DNA of 64,000 nt, taken from Candidatus Poribacteria bacterium (GTDB lineage Bacteria > Poribacteria > WGA-4E > PCPOR2b). The notes under the pieces are model-generated. The model saw nothing but the letters and a program-made list of their open reading frames with translations, did not search any database and had not been told where the DNA came from. Of this stretch, positions 1-11,557 are shown piece by piece (within the stretch, counting starts at the first letter, position 1; each line of letters starts with the position of its first letter). The stretch covers positions 3,584,001-3,648,000 of the forward strand of contig OZ244587.1 of assembly GCA_965218095.1 (NCBI GenBank). The letters run 5' to 3'. The position numbers and the translations under genes were made by a program.

Positions 1-1
1 T

Positions 2-1855
2 GAAGGCGCCAGGACAACCCCATCTGTTGTTGCCTTTACCAAAGAGGATGAGCGGTTAGTTGGACAAGTTGCGAAAAGACAAGCCGTTACCAACCCAAAG
101 AACACCATCTTTTCTATCAAACGGTTTATGGGACGGAAGTACAGTGAAGTTAGTGAAGAAATTAAGCGCATTCCTTACGAAGTTGTGAATGATAAAGATG
201 GAGATGCAGCGGTAAAAATTGGAGATACACAATATGCGCCGCCCGAGATCTCCGCGATGGTTCTCCAGAAGATGAAAGAGACTGCCGAGTCCTACCTTGG
301 CGAGGAGGTGACGCAAGCCGTCGTCACTGCCCCCGCCTATTTTAATGATTCGCAACGTCAAGCAACGAAGGATGCCAGCAGAATCGCTGGGCTGGATGTA
401 CTCCGCATCATCAATGAGCCAACGGCAGCATCATTGGCTTACGGGCTCGATAACCAGCAAGATAAGAAAATCGCTGTTTACGATTTGGGCGGAGGAACGT
501 TTGATATCTCCATCCTGGAGATTGGTGACGGTGTCTTTGAGGTCAAGAGCACTAACGGCGATACCCACCTTGGTGGTGATGACTTCGATCAAAAAATCAT
601 CGATTGGCTTGCCGAGGAGTTTATGCGCGATCAGGGAATTGATCTGCGTAAGGACAACATGGCGTTGCAAAGACTGAAAGAAGAGGCGGAGAAAGCGAAA
701 TGCGAACTTTCAACCGCAATGCAAACGGATGTCAATCTGCCTTTCATCACTGCAGATGTGAGTGGCCCGAAGCACCTCAACGTCACCCTGACTCGTGCTA
801 AACTTGAGCAACTCACCGATGCGCTCATTGAGCGGACACTTGAACCGTGTCGGAAAGCCCTTGCTGATGCGGAATTAGCCGCTAACGCCATTGACGAAGT
901 GATATTGGTCGGCGGGCAAACGCGGATGCCGAAAGTCCAGGAGGCGGTCAGTCGTCTGTTTGGTAGGGAACCACATAAGGGCGTCAACCCGGATGAGGTG
1001 GTTGCAGTTGGTGCTGCGATCCAAGCGGGTGTACTCTCCGGCGACGAAGGTGTAAAGGACATCCTGCTGCTTGACGTGACGCCGCTCTCGCTCGGAATCG
1101 AGACGCTAGGCGGTATGTTCACCCGACTCATCGATCGGAATACAACGATTCCAACCAAGAAATCACAAATCTTTACAACGTCGGCAGACAATCAGACTTC
1201 TGTTGATGTGCATGTGTTGCAGGGCGAGCGGGAGCAGGCTGTCTACAACAAAACGATTGGTCGTTTCCAACTCGATGGTATTCCGTCAGCACCGCGCAGT
1301 ATGCCGCAGATTGAGGTGGCATTTGACATTGACGCCAACGGAATCCTCAGCGTTTCCGCGAAGGATCAGGCAACGGGTAAGGAGCAGCACATCACCATTA
1401 CTGCTTCATCGGGGCTGTCAGAAGCCGAAATTGACCAGATGGTCAAAGACGCCGAAGCCCATGCCGCTGAAGATCAGCAAAAGCGTGAAGAGGTGGAGGT
1501 GCATAATCGGGCAGATTCATTGATCTATGAGACAGAAAAGAATCTCAAGGAGTTTGGCGACAAGGTCGATCCTGCGACCAAGAGCAATGTTGAGAACGCT
1601 GTCGAAGATCTGAAAAAAGCCCTCGAAAGCCAGAATACTGAAGAGATCAAAGCGAAGACCGACAATCTGATGCAGATCTGGCATCAGGCTTCGGCCGATC
1701 TCTACAAGCAAACAACCGAATCTGGAGAGGACGCATCTACGGAACCGCCACCTTATCGGAGCGCGCCGACAGATGAATCAGAGCCGACGGCTTCATCGCC
1801 CGAAGGCGAAGTCATCGACGCTGATTATGAAGTTGTTGATGACGATAAGAAGTAA
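2..1855 (+). CDS. dnaK: Chaperone DnaK (Hsp70), 5' end outside window
   Basis: Frame open from base 2 ([12 protein letters not shown]...). Hsp70 motifs [29 protein letters not shown]; C-terminal IDADYEVV. Confidence 0.98.
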   Translation, partial: EGARTTPSVVAFTKEDERLVGQVAKRQAVTNPKNTIFSIKRFMGRKYSEVSEEIKRIPYEVVNDKDGDAAVKIGDTQYAPPEISAMVLQKMKETAESYLGEEVTQAVVTAPAYFNDSQRQATKDASRIAGLDVLRIINEPTAASLAYGLDNQQDKKIAVYDLGGGTFDISILEIGDGVFEVKSTNGDTHLGGDDFDQKIIDWLAEEFMRDQGIDLRKDNMALQRLKEEAEKAKCELSTAMQTDVNLPFITADVSGPKHLNVTLTRAKLEQLTDALIERTLEPCRKALADAELAANAIDEVILVGGQTRMPKVQEAVSRLFGREPHKGVNPDEVVAVGAAIQAGVLSGDEGVKDILLLDVTPLSLGIETLGGMFTRLIDRNTTIPTKKSQIFTTSADNQTSVDVHVLQGEREQAVYNKTIGRFQLDGIPSAPRSMPQIEVAFDIDANGILSVSAKDQATGKEQHITITASSGLSEAEIDQMVKDAEAHAAEDQQKREEVEVHNRADSLIYETEKNLKEFGDKVDPATKSNVENAVEDLKKALESQNTEEIKAKTDNLMQIWHQASADLYKQTTESGEDASTEPPPYRSAPTDESEPTASSPEGEVIDADYEVVDDDKK

Positions 1856-1879
1856 CACCCAAATTGAATTGAAAATCTC

Positions 1880-1907
1880 AACCCCGATCTTTGATCGGGG
1901 TTTTTTA
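1880..1907 (+). terminator. Intrinsic terminator after dnaK
   Basis: Stem aaccccgatc-ttt-gatcggggtt followed by a T run. Confidence 0.85.
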
Positions 1908-1922
1908 TTGCCTGATTCCCAA

Positions 1923-1951
1923 TTGACTTGTCAATCGAGTCGTGCTATACT
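1923..1951 (+). promoter_or_regulatory. Sigma70-type promoter
   Basis: TTGACT-17 nt-TATACT about 80 nt upstream of the next CDS. Confidence 0.6.
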
Positions 1952-2029
1952 ACCAATATCTTCAGGTGCATCGAAATCCAGATTGACTTGTTGACAATCA
2001 CCTCATAGCAAAGATTTTTTTGAGGTCAT

Positions 2030-2590
2030 GTGAGTATGGGGCAAATCAAATCTCACCCACCTGTTAAACTCATCGTTGGTATTATTACGGCAATGCCGGA
2101 TCTACTGCTAGCCGTGCATCAACGGTTAGCAGAACGGTTTGGACGAATCGATTTTATCAGCGAGTTATTGCCCTTTGACTACACAACTTACTATGAAGCG
2201 GAGATGGGGAAAGCGCTGAAACGCCAGTTCGTGAGTCTTAAGACACTAATTTCCCCCGATGAGCTTACTTCCGCCAAGCACTTTTCCAATGTGGTCGAGG
2301 GTGAATTTGTGACCGGTGATGCAGTGACCCGCCCAATCAATCTTGATCCGGGCTACATTTCGGCTGCGAAGCTAGTTCTCGCCTCTACGAAAGACCACGC
2401 GCACCGCATCTATCTACAAAGCGATATTTACGCAGAGGTTACGTTGAAATTTCATCGTAACAGCTTCCAGCCCTGGGAATGGACCTACCCCGATTACCGC
2501 ACGCCAGCCTACATTGAGCTCTTCAATCACATCCGTCGTATCTACATGGAGCAATTGAAGACAAGAGGGTTAAGCCCACACCCATTCTAG
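2030..2590 (+). CDS. DUF4416 family protein
   Basis: Motifs FDYTTYYEAEMG, INLDPGY, LASTKDHAHRIYL, WTYPDY. Confidence 0.85.
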   Translation: MSMGQIKSHPPVKLIVGIITAMPDLLLAVHQRLAERFGRIDFISELLPFDYTTYYEAEMGKALKRQFVSLKTLISPDELTSAKHFSNVVEGEFVTGDAVTRPINLDPGYISAAKLVLASTKDHAHRIYLQSDIYAEVTLKFHRNSFQPWEWTYPDYRTPAYIELFNHIRRIYMEQLKTRGLSPHPF

Positions 2591-2734
2591 TCCATCCACC
2601 GAAATTGAACGGTCATAGTTTGACTCTTTGCTAATCGGATTACCTGCGATGTAAGGATTCTGAAGGATCAAGTTCATCATGGCTTCTTTGGGGAAGTCAT
2701 GTCCTCTTGCACATCGCGCTTTACGTTACACGTT

Positions 2735-4099
2735 TTAGATTAACCCATCTGCCTTCATCCATTCAATCGTCTGATCAAACGCAGCAATCGTCTGCTGTAC
2801 GTCTGCCTCGGTATGGGCTGTCATTGTCATGCCACCATTTCCGGCGATATCGATCCCGTTAAGTAGCAACCCACACCGTAGATTCTTGGTTAGCTCTGGG
2901 TTACCACCGCCTTTCAACTGGCGATAGTCCCAATCGTAAGGATTGAAATCAGCAGCGCGCAGCCCGTGGACGTCATGCCCGATAAGGAACTTCACTCCAG
3001 AGAACTCGCCGTAGACTGCCCAATCGAGACCGTGCTGATCAAATACCTCGATCAGTCCATTCCGCAGTATCGTTGCGGTGTGATTGACCTGCTCGTGGGG
3101 AACGCCGGTTTTGACGATTTTAAGCATTGAAATTCCAGCGGCGGCACATAGCGGATTGGCGTTGAATGTTCCTGGATGGGGCATCTTTTTTCTGCGTTGG
3201 GGATAACTCATTTCCTCTTTGATAGAGATGAGATCCAAGATCTCCTTTTTCCCGGCAACTGCGCCGCCGGGCAGACCACCTGCCAAAATTTTGGCAAGTG
3301 TCGTCAGATCTGGCGTGACCTGATAATACCCCTGTGCTCCGCTAGGCGCAACTCGAAAACCGGAGATTACCTCGTCAAAGATCAGTACGACACTGTAGGC
3401 TTGCGTAACCTCTCGCAACTGTCGGAGGAATTCACCGTTTGTCGGAATGATACCGAAGGAACTGCCTGTTGGCTCCAAGATAACGCATGCAATGTCCGAA
3501 TCTGATTTCAGACACTTTTCAACCGCGTCAATGTCGTTTGGTGGACAGATTACCGTCGTGTCAATGACGCTCTCTGGAATCCCCGGCACAGGCGCCTCAA
3601 GAGGTGGGTTCACACCCAAGATCACGGAATCGTGCCAGCCGTGAAAATGTCCCGCAAATTTCAGGAGCTTGTTTTTTCCCGCATAGGTCCGCGCCAGCCG
3701 AATCGCCATCAAGGTTGCTTCCGTTCCTGAACTGACAAATCGCACACGTTCCGCTGAGGGAATCAGCTCTTTCACCAGGCCTCCCCACTCCAGTTCAAGC
3801 GGATGGCAGGCGCCGTAGTGCGTACCATACGGCATCTGCTGCGTGACAGCTTCAACGATTTCAGGGGGGCTGTGCCCGAGCAGAAGTGCGCCGTGCCCCG
3901 ACCAGTAATCGATAAATTCTTTGCCATCAACTCCCCACTTTTTCGACCCTTGTGCGCGATCAATGTAAATTGGAAACGGTTCTGCATGCCGGTTATCATG
4001 TGTCACACCATCGGGAAAAATATAGTTCGCCCGCTGTGCAAGTTCTCCATCTGTTGAAAAAGTCTTTTGATACCGTTCCAGAATTGTGTGATTTGACAT
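2735..4099 (-). CDS. Class III aminotransferase (glutamate-1-semialdehyde aminomutase-like)
   Basis: SGTEAT, FHGWHD, LIFDEVISGFR, LAKILAGGLP (PLP lysine), GTFNANP; GGAG RBS. Confidence 0.9.
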   Translation of the reverse strand: MSNHTILERYQKTFSTDGELAQRANYIFPDGVTHDNRHAEPFPIYIDRAQGSKKWGVDGKEFIDYWSGHGALLLGHSPPEIVEAVTQQMPYGTHYGACHPLELEWGGLVKELIPSAERVRFVSSGTEATLMAIRLARTYAGKNKLLKFAGHFHGWHDSVILGVNPPLEAPVPGIPESVIDTTVICPPNDIDAVEKCLKSDSDIACVILEPTGSSFGIIPTNGEFLRQLREVTQAYSVVLIFDEVISGFRVAPSGAQGYYQVTPDLTTLAKILAGGLPGGAVAGKKEILDLISIKEEMSYPQRRKKMPHPGTFNANPLCAAAGISMLKIVKTGVPHEQVNHTATILRNGLIEVFDQHGLDWAVYGEFSGVKFLIGHDVHGLRAADFNPYDWDYRQLKGGGNPELTKNLRCGLLLNGIDIAGNGGMTMTAHTEADVQQTIAAFDQTIEWMKADGLI

Positions 4100-4268
4100 C
4101 GGTTTTCTCCTTTATGTGTAAGACCAGGTGAAACGAACACTTGCCTCCCTATATTTCTTCTCGCCACCTTCGTTTTCTCAGTGACTCAATATCAGAACGA
4201 CAACCTCGAACCTCCTGCTCTATTGTTTCAATCAACCCGGTGTTCTTCTCGATTAACCCACGGAATTC

Positions 4269-4799
4269 TCAAGTATCCGTACTGAACAGGTCTTCTAAAA
4301 TGTGGAAATCGTGATTGAATGCCAATTCAGGCAGCGCGTCGGGGGAAAAGAAACGCGCATCTAACGCTTCTGCACGACCTGCTGGCACTCCCCCAATAAT
4401 TGTACCAACGTAAACGATGAGAACGACTGTACGGCTTGCGTTAGAGTAAACTCCTAGCAACCGATCCAGTTGCACATCAACATCTGCCTCCTCTTTCGCT
4501 TCTCGGATGGCTGTTTCCTCCGGTGTGTCGCCAATATCAATGTAGCCCGTCGGGAAACTCCAGAGTCCATACTGAGGCTCATTGCCCCGCTGTATCAGCA
4601 ACAGCTTTCCATCTTTCAGTGCAAGGACGCCGGCAACGGGCTTAGGGTCACGATAAAAGATAAAGTCACACGCTGTGCACCCTTGACGCTTCTTTCCTTC
4701 GATGATTCGATCCTCAAGTGGGCTTGCGCATTTTGGACAGAATTTCATGCCTGATTTGGAGTGAGTTGTATCAAGGGAGATGGGCGTAGAGGTATTCAT
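4269..4799 (-). CDS. NUDIX hydrolase with N-terminal zinc ribbon (start probably ATG 4748)
   Basis: FCPKCASPL...CTAC; Nudix box GDTPEETAIREAKEEA; LAFNHD. Confidence 0.9.
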   Translation of the reverse strand: MNTSTPISLDTTHSKSGMKFCPKCASPLEDRIIEGKKRQGCTACDFIFYRDPKPVAGVLALKDGKLLLIQRGNEPQYGLWSFPTGYIDIGDTPEETAIREAKEEADVDVQLDRLLGVYSNASRTVVLIVYVGTIIGGVPAGRAEALDARFFSPDALPELAFNHDFHILEDLFSTDT

Positions 4800-4943
4800 G
4801 GTTCTACTCGATTTGGATTATTCTATTGAGTGAACAAAGGGAGGAAAGATTTTGATGTAAAATCTGGCAATGGGCTAATAATACAACAAATGGAAAAAGA
4901 TGTCGATCATTGATTGTAAGGAATTCAACGTTCTGATTTTCTG

Positions 4944-6972
4944 CTAAATCGGGAAACCTGCCAATTCGTCCTCCTGAATCAAGGTGAGGATGATATTGTA
5001 ATTGTCATCAGCGGTCAACTCCACACCCGACGGCACGAAGGTCGTCGAGTCTATCTCTTCGATTACTGCCGGACCGGAAAACCGCGAACCTACCGGCAAT
5101 CCACCCCGTCGATAAACAGACATTTGCACGGCGTGGGTCGCTGCGTTGGACATCTTCGGTCGTTACCGCTAAGTTAATCTTCGGGTGATGCACAGCTTCG
5201 GAAATGGAGACCTTCAGGTGCACCAGTTCGATTGTCTCATCCTCAAAATGATACCCGTAAAATTGATGATGTCGCTCGTGAAAATGATCGCTCGCTCCCT
5301 TCAAGCCTTCCTCCGGACGGTACTTGATATCCTGTTCATAGTTTTGCTGGTAATACCGCATGCTGATGAACAACGTTTCCCGTGGTTCGCCCCGCATGCC
5401 CTCCCGCTCAAGTTCCTCCCGCGCCTCTTGCTGCATGGGGGCAAATCGCTCTTGAAGGTCACTGTCGGTAACATCTGTGTCTCGTGCAGCAAAGGTGTGA
5501 ACTTTTTCGACGCGCAGCTCGGAGATGGTGGCGCCAAAGGCGGAGCAGAGCCCCGGATGCGGAGGCGCCACGACCGTCTGGATGCCCAGCTTTTTGGCAA
5601 TGGCGACAGCGTGAAGCGGTCCTGCGCCGCCAAAAGCCATGAGTACAAAGTCGCGGGGATCGATTCCCCGTTCGATGGTCAGTAAGCGGATGGCGTTGGT
5701 CATGTTTTCATCGGCGATTTCGACGATAGCCACGGCTGCCTTCTGTCGGGAGACGCCCATGCGGTTTGCTAGTTTCTCGATCGCTTCCTCGGCCAGCCTG
5801 GGGTAGAGCGGCAACTCTCCACCGAGGAAGAACGCGGGGTTGAGACGACCCAGCACCAGGTTCGCATCGGTCACTGTTGGTTGTGCCCCGCCGGCACCGT
5901 AGCAGGCTGGCCCCGGCACCGCCCCGGCGCTCTGGGGCCCGACGTTCAGCATGCCCCCTTTGTCGATCCAGGCGATGGAGCCGCCGCCCGCCCCCAACGT
6001 GCGGACCTCAATGATGGGAATCGCAACAGGAAGCCCCCACTCGATCTCGAAGGCTGTGGTAAACTGTTGTTCTCCATCGAGCACCAGACCGACATCGCAG
6101 CTTGTGCCTCCCATATCAAGGGTAATTGCATTTTGGAATCCCGCAGTTTCCGCAAAGTATTTCCCGCCAACAATGCCGCCAGCCAAGCCCGATAGCAGGA
6201 TGTCGATGGGTCACTCAGGCGCATTGCCGAGCAGGGTGGTCCCGCCATCCGATTTGAGAAATGAACAGGGACCACTGACTCCATTGGTTTCCAAGGCGGC
6301 AGCAATGTCGTGGCAGTAATTCTGGATGAGTGGCTTGACGAAGGCATCAGCTAGGAGCGTGCTGGAGCGTTCATACTCGCGCCAAATCGGCGCAACGCGA
6401 TGCGACAGGGAGACGGGGATATCCGGAAATGTTGCTTCAAGGAATCTACCAACCTCCAGTTCGTGGGTGGGATTGATATACGAAAAGAGCAGACACACAG
6501 CGATGGATTCAACTGCCTGATTTTGCAACCGCGTCTCAATCTCGGCTTTCAGGTCTGCAAAGGCGGCAGCGGTCAGCGGCGCCATGACTGCTCCCTGGGC
6601 GTTTATCCGTTCCGTCACACCAAGGCAATTGCGCCGCTTCACCAGCGGCTGCGGTTTGAGCTAGTGGAGGTCATACTCCTTATTCCGATTGATGCGTTGA
6701 ATGAACGGGACATCCTCGAACCCAGCAGTGGTGACAAACACGACATTTGCTCCCGCCCGCTGGAGAATGGCGTTGGTGGCAACCGTTGTCCCATGCACGA
6801 TACGTTCAACCTCCGTAAACGGTATTTCTGACTTCTCTAAGACGCCCAGGAAGGCACGCATGGGTGCGTCGGGCGTGGAGGGATGTTTAGCGACCCGCAC
6901 GGTGCCATCCGCTGAGATGGCGACCAGGTCCGTAAAAGTGCCGCCGGTATCGATACCAATCGCACTGGGCAT
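4944..6972 (-). pseudogene. Hydantoinase/oxoprolinase A subunit, disrupted
   Basis: Collinear fragments GIDTGGTFTD, HGTTVATNA, EYERSST, DMGGTSCD, GAGGGSIA, FGGAGPLH. In-frame TAG at 6661, in-frame TGA at 6211, frameshift near 5125. Confidence 0.9.
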
Positions 6973-7111
6973 GTGTCGTATTCCTCCTGCGCTGAATGGT
7001 TCAGTTCTTAGATTTGTGTCGGGGGTTGTCGGATCGGACTTTCGTATGTCAGGTCAGCCCGAGAAACAAGGGCACGGTAGTCCATACGAAGCATAGGCAA
7101 CCTCCTTCGCA

Positions 7112-7879
7112 TCAACGCGCCATCCAACCGCCATCAACGGTCAAAATATGCCCATGGATATACGAAGCCGCTTCAGAGGCAAGAAAGATTGCTGCGCCCG
7201 CCAAATCATCAGGGACGCCAAATCGACCGGCTGGGATGCGATCCATCAGTTGTGGGGCTCGCACTGGATCGGCGAGTAGTGCGCTTGACATGTCGGTCTC
7301 AATATACCCCGGCGTGATTGCGTTCACGTTGACACCTTTTGACGCCCATTCGTTGGCAAGTGCCTTCGTCAATTGTGCCACCCCACCTTTACTCGCTGCA
7401 TATGCAGTCGCGCGAATACCCCCCGAAAAACTCAACAACGATGCAATATTTATGATCTTGCCCCCGCCGCGTTCAACCATGCCTCGGCCAACCTGTTGAC
7501 AGAGCAACCACACCGCTTTCAAGTTGACCGTCATCACATCATCCCATCGCTCTTCTGGAAAATCGACTGCATCGTCCCGGTGAGTTGTTCCAGCGTTGTT
7601 GACGAGAATATCGATTCGTCCATAAGACTCGACGACTTCTGCAACCAGATCTGGAATGCCATCCGTCTGGTTGAGGTCATACGGAAAAATCTCAGCTTGC
7701 TTCCCCATTGACCGAATCTCCTGCCAGACCTCGATGAGATTCGATTCAGATCTCGCAACGAGTGCGAGATTCGCTCCGGCACCGGCAAGCCCAACTGCGA
7801 TACCTTTGCCGATCCCGCGACTGGCGCCACTGACGAGCACAACTTTTCCATCTAATGAAAAGAGATTTGAAGCTATCAT
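7112..7879 (-). CDS. SDR oxidoreductase, KduD/gluconate 5-dehydrogenase-like
   Basis: SGASRGIG, NNAG, YAASK, VDGGWMAR; GGAGG RBS before ATG 7879. Confidence 0.9.
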   Translation of the reverse strand: MIASNLFSLDGKVVLVSGASRGIGKGIAVGLAGAGANLALVARSESNLIEVWQEIRSMGKQAEIFPYDLNQTDGIPDLVAEVVESYGRIDILVNNAGTTHRDDAVDFPEERWDDVMTVNLKAVWLLCQQVGRGMVERGGGKIINIASLLSFSGGIRATAYAASKGGVAQLTKALANEWASKGVNVNAITPGYIETDMSSALLADPVRAPQLMDRIPAGRFGVPDDLAGAAIFLASEAASYIHGHILTVDGGWMAR

Positions 7880-8252
7880 ACCATTCCTCCATCTTGCTTG
7901 ACTCACTAGATTGTAGGCGAAAATACGGTATTCGTCAAGCATATTCTGCTATAATTGCTTGACATATTAAAGTGGAGATAAGTATAATTCTGTTGCCGTC
8001 AGAAATCAAGTGTTCATTGAGCATCGGCTCAAAATCTTGGCAGAAGATTAGTATAGCAGAAGATTGGTATAATAGACATCGGAATTCCTTTCTGGTTTTC
8101 AACTGAGTGACGCACAGTATTATAGCAGAAGGAGTGCCTGCTCCGTTATATCGAACTGACGTTATAATAGGGTATTTCCGCATCAAGGGAAAGTTTTGTT
8201 GTATAATAAGAGGTAAGAAGCTGTCCAATTACATCTAGTCAGGAGATCCAAC

Positions 8253-9830
8253 ATGCCAACCCAACGAACCAAAGGTGCCCTAATCACTTCTTTGGTAATT
8301 CACGGTGGGCTTGCGATTATAATTGCAGTGCTGCTCGTCACCCAAACGCATCAGTTCAAGGATTTGCTAGGTGTGGAAGTCTATCAATCAAAAGTTCCGC
8401 CAAAACCACAAGTTCGCAAACCCGTGTTCAAACCTATCCCAAAACCAAGCGTCCTAACCGAAAATACTGTTGCCGTTGAGCCAGTCCAAGTCCAACAGCG
8501 AGTGACAACCCAAGTTGTCACTCGTATGACTTCCGTCCAACCACAGATGGTATCTGAGTTTGCCAATCAAAAGGTCAAACTCAATACACCTGTCAACCCA
8601 AACGTTCCTCAAGTCATTGACCCAAATACCCCAGTACCGCAAGTGGTGACACACGTTAAAGTCCCTGTTTCTGATGCGCCTGATGCACTGGCAAGTTCCT
8701 CTCCTACGGGGGTTAGTGGAACCGGCGCAGGCGCAGGTGCATCAGGTACAGGCGCCGGTCAGGGTATTGTAGGTATGGATCGAGGCATTGCTAGTGGTAC
8801 AGTTCAGGTCAGGGTCTCGGACCCGTTAACACGTCCACCAGGACTCACCATGGTCGGGGAAGTTGGTGCCGCGCGGGATGCTTTGGCGGAAGTCGTTGCA
8901 GGCGTCATGCTCGGCAATCTTGACGTGTCACCGCTGCCTCGCGGTCAACCTGGCGGACGTATCGTGGGTAGAGGTCGCGAGATTCATGGTGTCTTCCGCT
9001 TTACCCGTCTTCGTCATCACCTCTCCGATTGGTGGGCAGACGCCTCGGCACTCAATGCACTGACAAAGTGGCTCAATGAAAAGACGAGAATCCAAACGGA
9101 TATGAATGTTGAAGGTGGCGCGCTTCAGTTGACTGACGCTGATGTTATGAAATCGCCATTGCTTTTCATGACAGGACATGACCCCGCACTTGCTAGGTCA
9201 TTAGTTGTCAAGAGATTGGATACTGGATTAATGGTTCGTAGCGTTAAAGATAACCAATTCTCTGAATCCGAAGCTGCAGCGTTGCGACGGTACTTGGTCG
9301 AAAAAAACGGGCTACTGGTTTTTGACGACTGTGGTCTTAACGCAGCTGATAGGGGAATGACCGGTCTGTTTTTGACTCAGATGCGGTCTATCATGCCAGA
9401 ATATCCAATCAGGCGTCTCGCCAACACCCACGAAATCTACCATAACTTTTATCCACTCGGTGGCCCGCCGATTGGGTATAATATTTTCCACGAGGTAGTG
9501 ACAGAGAATCGCACACATGCGTCATGGTATGCAAATCCTCCAAAAGTACCGAGGCGGAATTATCTAGAAGGGATTGCTGTTGGAAACCACCTCTCAGTGT
9601 TAGTCATCCGTCGGGACTACATGTGTGCGATGGAAACCGTGAGTTTGCCAAGCCGCCCGACCAAATACTCCCCAGGGGTTTTTCGCTTCCTGACAAATGT
9701 AGTCATTTATGCCCTGACACATGGCCAAATTGCGGATTATTCTGGCTATGTGCCGGAAGATAGGTTGGAAAAGCAGGTGGTGCCAATCCGTGCCCCAGCA
9801 GCTGCCGCCATCGGCGCGGTTGATGAGTAG
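8253..9830 (+). CDS. Membrane-anchored DUF4159 domain protein
   Basis: N-terminal TM (SLVIHGGLAII), Pro/Val/Gly-rich linker, C-terminal LFMTGH, LRRYL, VFDDC, NVVIYALTH; AGGAG RBS. Confidence 0.75.
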   Translation: MPTQRTKGALITSLVIHGGLAIIIAVLLVTQTHQFKDLLGVEVYQSKVPPKPQVRKPVFKPIPKPSVLTENTVAVEPVQVQQRVTTQVVTRMTSVQPQMVSEFANQKVKLNTPVNPNVPQVIDPNTPVPQVVTHVKVPVSDAPDALASSSPTGVSGTGAGAGASGTGAGQGIVGMDRGIASGTVQVRVSDPLTRPPGLTMVGEVGAARDALAEVVAGVMLGNLDVSPLPRGQPGGRIVGRGREIHGVFRFTRLRHHLSDWWADASALNALTKWLNEKTRIQTDMNVEGGALQLTDADVMKSPLLFMTGHDPALARSLVVKRLDTGLMVRSVKDNQFSESEAAALRRYLVEKNGLLVFDDCGLNAADRGMTGLFLTQMRSIMPEYPIRRLANTHEIYHNFYPLGGPPIGYNIFHEVVTENRTHASWYANPPKVPRRNYLEGIAVGNHLSVLVIRRDYMCAMETVSLPSRPTKYSPGVFRFLTNVVIYALTHGQIADYSGYVPEDRLEKQVVPIRAPAAAAIGAVDE

Positions 9831-9994
9831 AATCGCTCCATTTTGTTCACTGGCGTTACGTTGTGAATCAGCTATTTTATGAATGCAGTGTTTTTTGTTT
9901 GGTAACTCCGCCAAGTCCTACCTCAAGCTACCAATTTTCCATCATTGTTTGCATGTAAACAGCACTTCACAGAAGTTTATAAGGAAATCATACT

Positions 9995-11416
9995 ATGAAA
10001 AACGCCTATGTCTTCAATCTTTTCATACTAGCCGCTCTGTTTTTTTCGCTTTTCACCTGTGGTAATACTCAACTCAATTCCGTCAATTCCATCAACGGTT
10101 CCATCTCCCCGCCCCCCGAGCTCCAGTTGTTGGAATCTATTGAAAATGTATTCGTTAGCATTGCTGAAAGAACCACCCCTGCCGTTGTGAGCATCACCGC
10201 GCTAAACGTGAAAAGGAAAGGAACTCACTCCTGGATCCCCGAACGGAATTTTAACCGGCAGGAGGGAACGGGTTTCATTTTCCGAAAAGATGGTTATATT
10301 TTAACGAATGATCATGTTGTAAACGGCGCCCAACAGATCATCGTCCATCTATTCGATGGTCGAGAGTTCAGGGAGGTTCAATTGGTCGGAAATGACCTGA
10401 GCACAGACATCGCGGTGTTGAAGATCAATACAACAGAGGAACTTCCCCATCTCCCCTTTGCTGATTCAGACCAGGTTAAGGTCGGACAGTTTGCCATTGC
10501 AATCGGCAACCCATTTCAACTCAATTCCACGGTGACAACGGGAATTGTTAGTGGAAAGGGACGTTCCCCGTTGGCGGAGTTTGACTTTATTCGCTATCAA
10601 GATTTTATCCAAACCGACGCATGGATCAACAAGGGAAACAGCGGAGGTCCCTTGCTCAATATCCGCGGTGAAGTCATCGGTATCAACTCAATGATTCGGC
10701 GTCCGGACAACGCCCCAGCGAAGGAAGCTGTCAAAGCTGGCGCTGGATTTGCTATCCCTACCAATCTGGTGAGGAAGATTAGTGACCAACTGATTGCGAA
10801 TGGTCAGGTCATACGCGGATGGTTAGGCATCAACATGAGAACACATGCTGAAGGTATTCGCGTGATTCGATTCGTTGATCCTTCACCTGCAAAACAAGGC
10901 GGGATGCAGGTAGATGACATCATTACAGAATACAATGGGCAAAAAGTACGAGATCGGCGTGAATTCAGATTCCTTATCGCCGAGTCGCGGGTCGGCGATA
11001 AGGTCGAGTTTACCGTCAACCGTCGCGGGGAGCGCAAAAAGCTTACAGTAACACTTGGTAAAATGCCCCGACGTTGGACGGGAATGCGAATTGAACTAGA
11101 TTCCGAGTCCTGGACAAAGCTAGGTATTACCATCCGTGAGCTAGGGGAGCACGATTTTGAACGCTATACTTACCTGGGTTCCGAAGATCAGGGGGTCATC
11201 GTTGATGATGTACGGCTTGGCGCGCCAGCTCCCACAGAGGGCGTGGCGAGTGGGTCGCTGATTCTGGCAATCAACGGCCAGCGCATCAAGGACATGATCG
11301 ATTATGAAAAGGTGTTGAAAGCGGCGCTTGGTGAATCAGAAATTACCTTTGAGATCAAGAATTCTTATACCGAAGACGGCACGGAAACCGTTATCGTTAA
11401 GCTGGAAGGGAAGTAA
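9995..11416 (+). CDS. HtrA/DegP-family serine protease with two PDZ domains
   Basis: LTNDHVV, TDIAVLKI, INKGNSGGPL catalytic triad; RGWLGI PDZ entry. Confidence 0.95.
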   Translation: MKNAYVFNLFILAALFFSLFTCGNTQLNSVNSINGSISPPPELQLLESIENVFVSIAERTTPAVVSITALNVKRKGTHSWIPERNFNRQEGTGFIFRKDGYILTNDHVVNGAQQIIVHLFDGREFREVQLVGNDLSTDIAVLKINTTEELPHLPFADSDQVKVGQFAIAIGNPFQLNSTVTTGIVSGKGRSPLAEFDFIRYQDFIQTDAWINKGNSGGPLLNIRGEVIGINSMIRRPDNAPAKEAVKAGAGFAIPTNLVRKISDQLIANGQVIRGWLGINMRTHAEGIRVIRFVDPSPAKQGGMQVDDIITEYNGQKVRDRREFRFLIAESRVGDKVEFTVNRRGERKKLTVTLGKMPRRWTGMRIELDSESWTKLGITIRELGEHDFERYTYLGSEDQGVIVDDVRLGAPAPTEGVASGSLILAINGQRIKDMIDYEKVLKAALGESEITFEIKNSYTEDGTETVIVKLEGK

Positions 11417-11557
11417 ATCAGCGAATCGGCGAATGAGAACGTAACAGGTGGCGAGTGAGTTTTTAAGCCGTTCTCACTCATCACGCGTTACTTCTCACCC
11501 ATTACGTTTTACACATCACGCATCACCCAATAACTCCAGCTTAAATGGGAGAACGCG

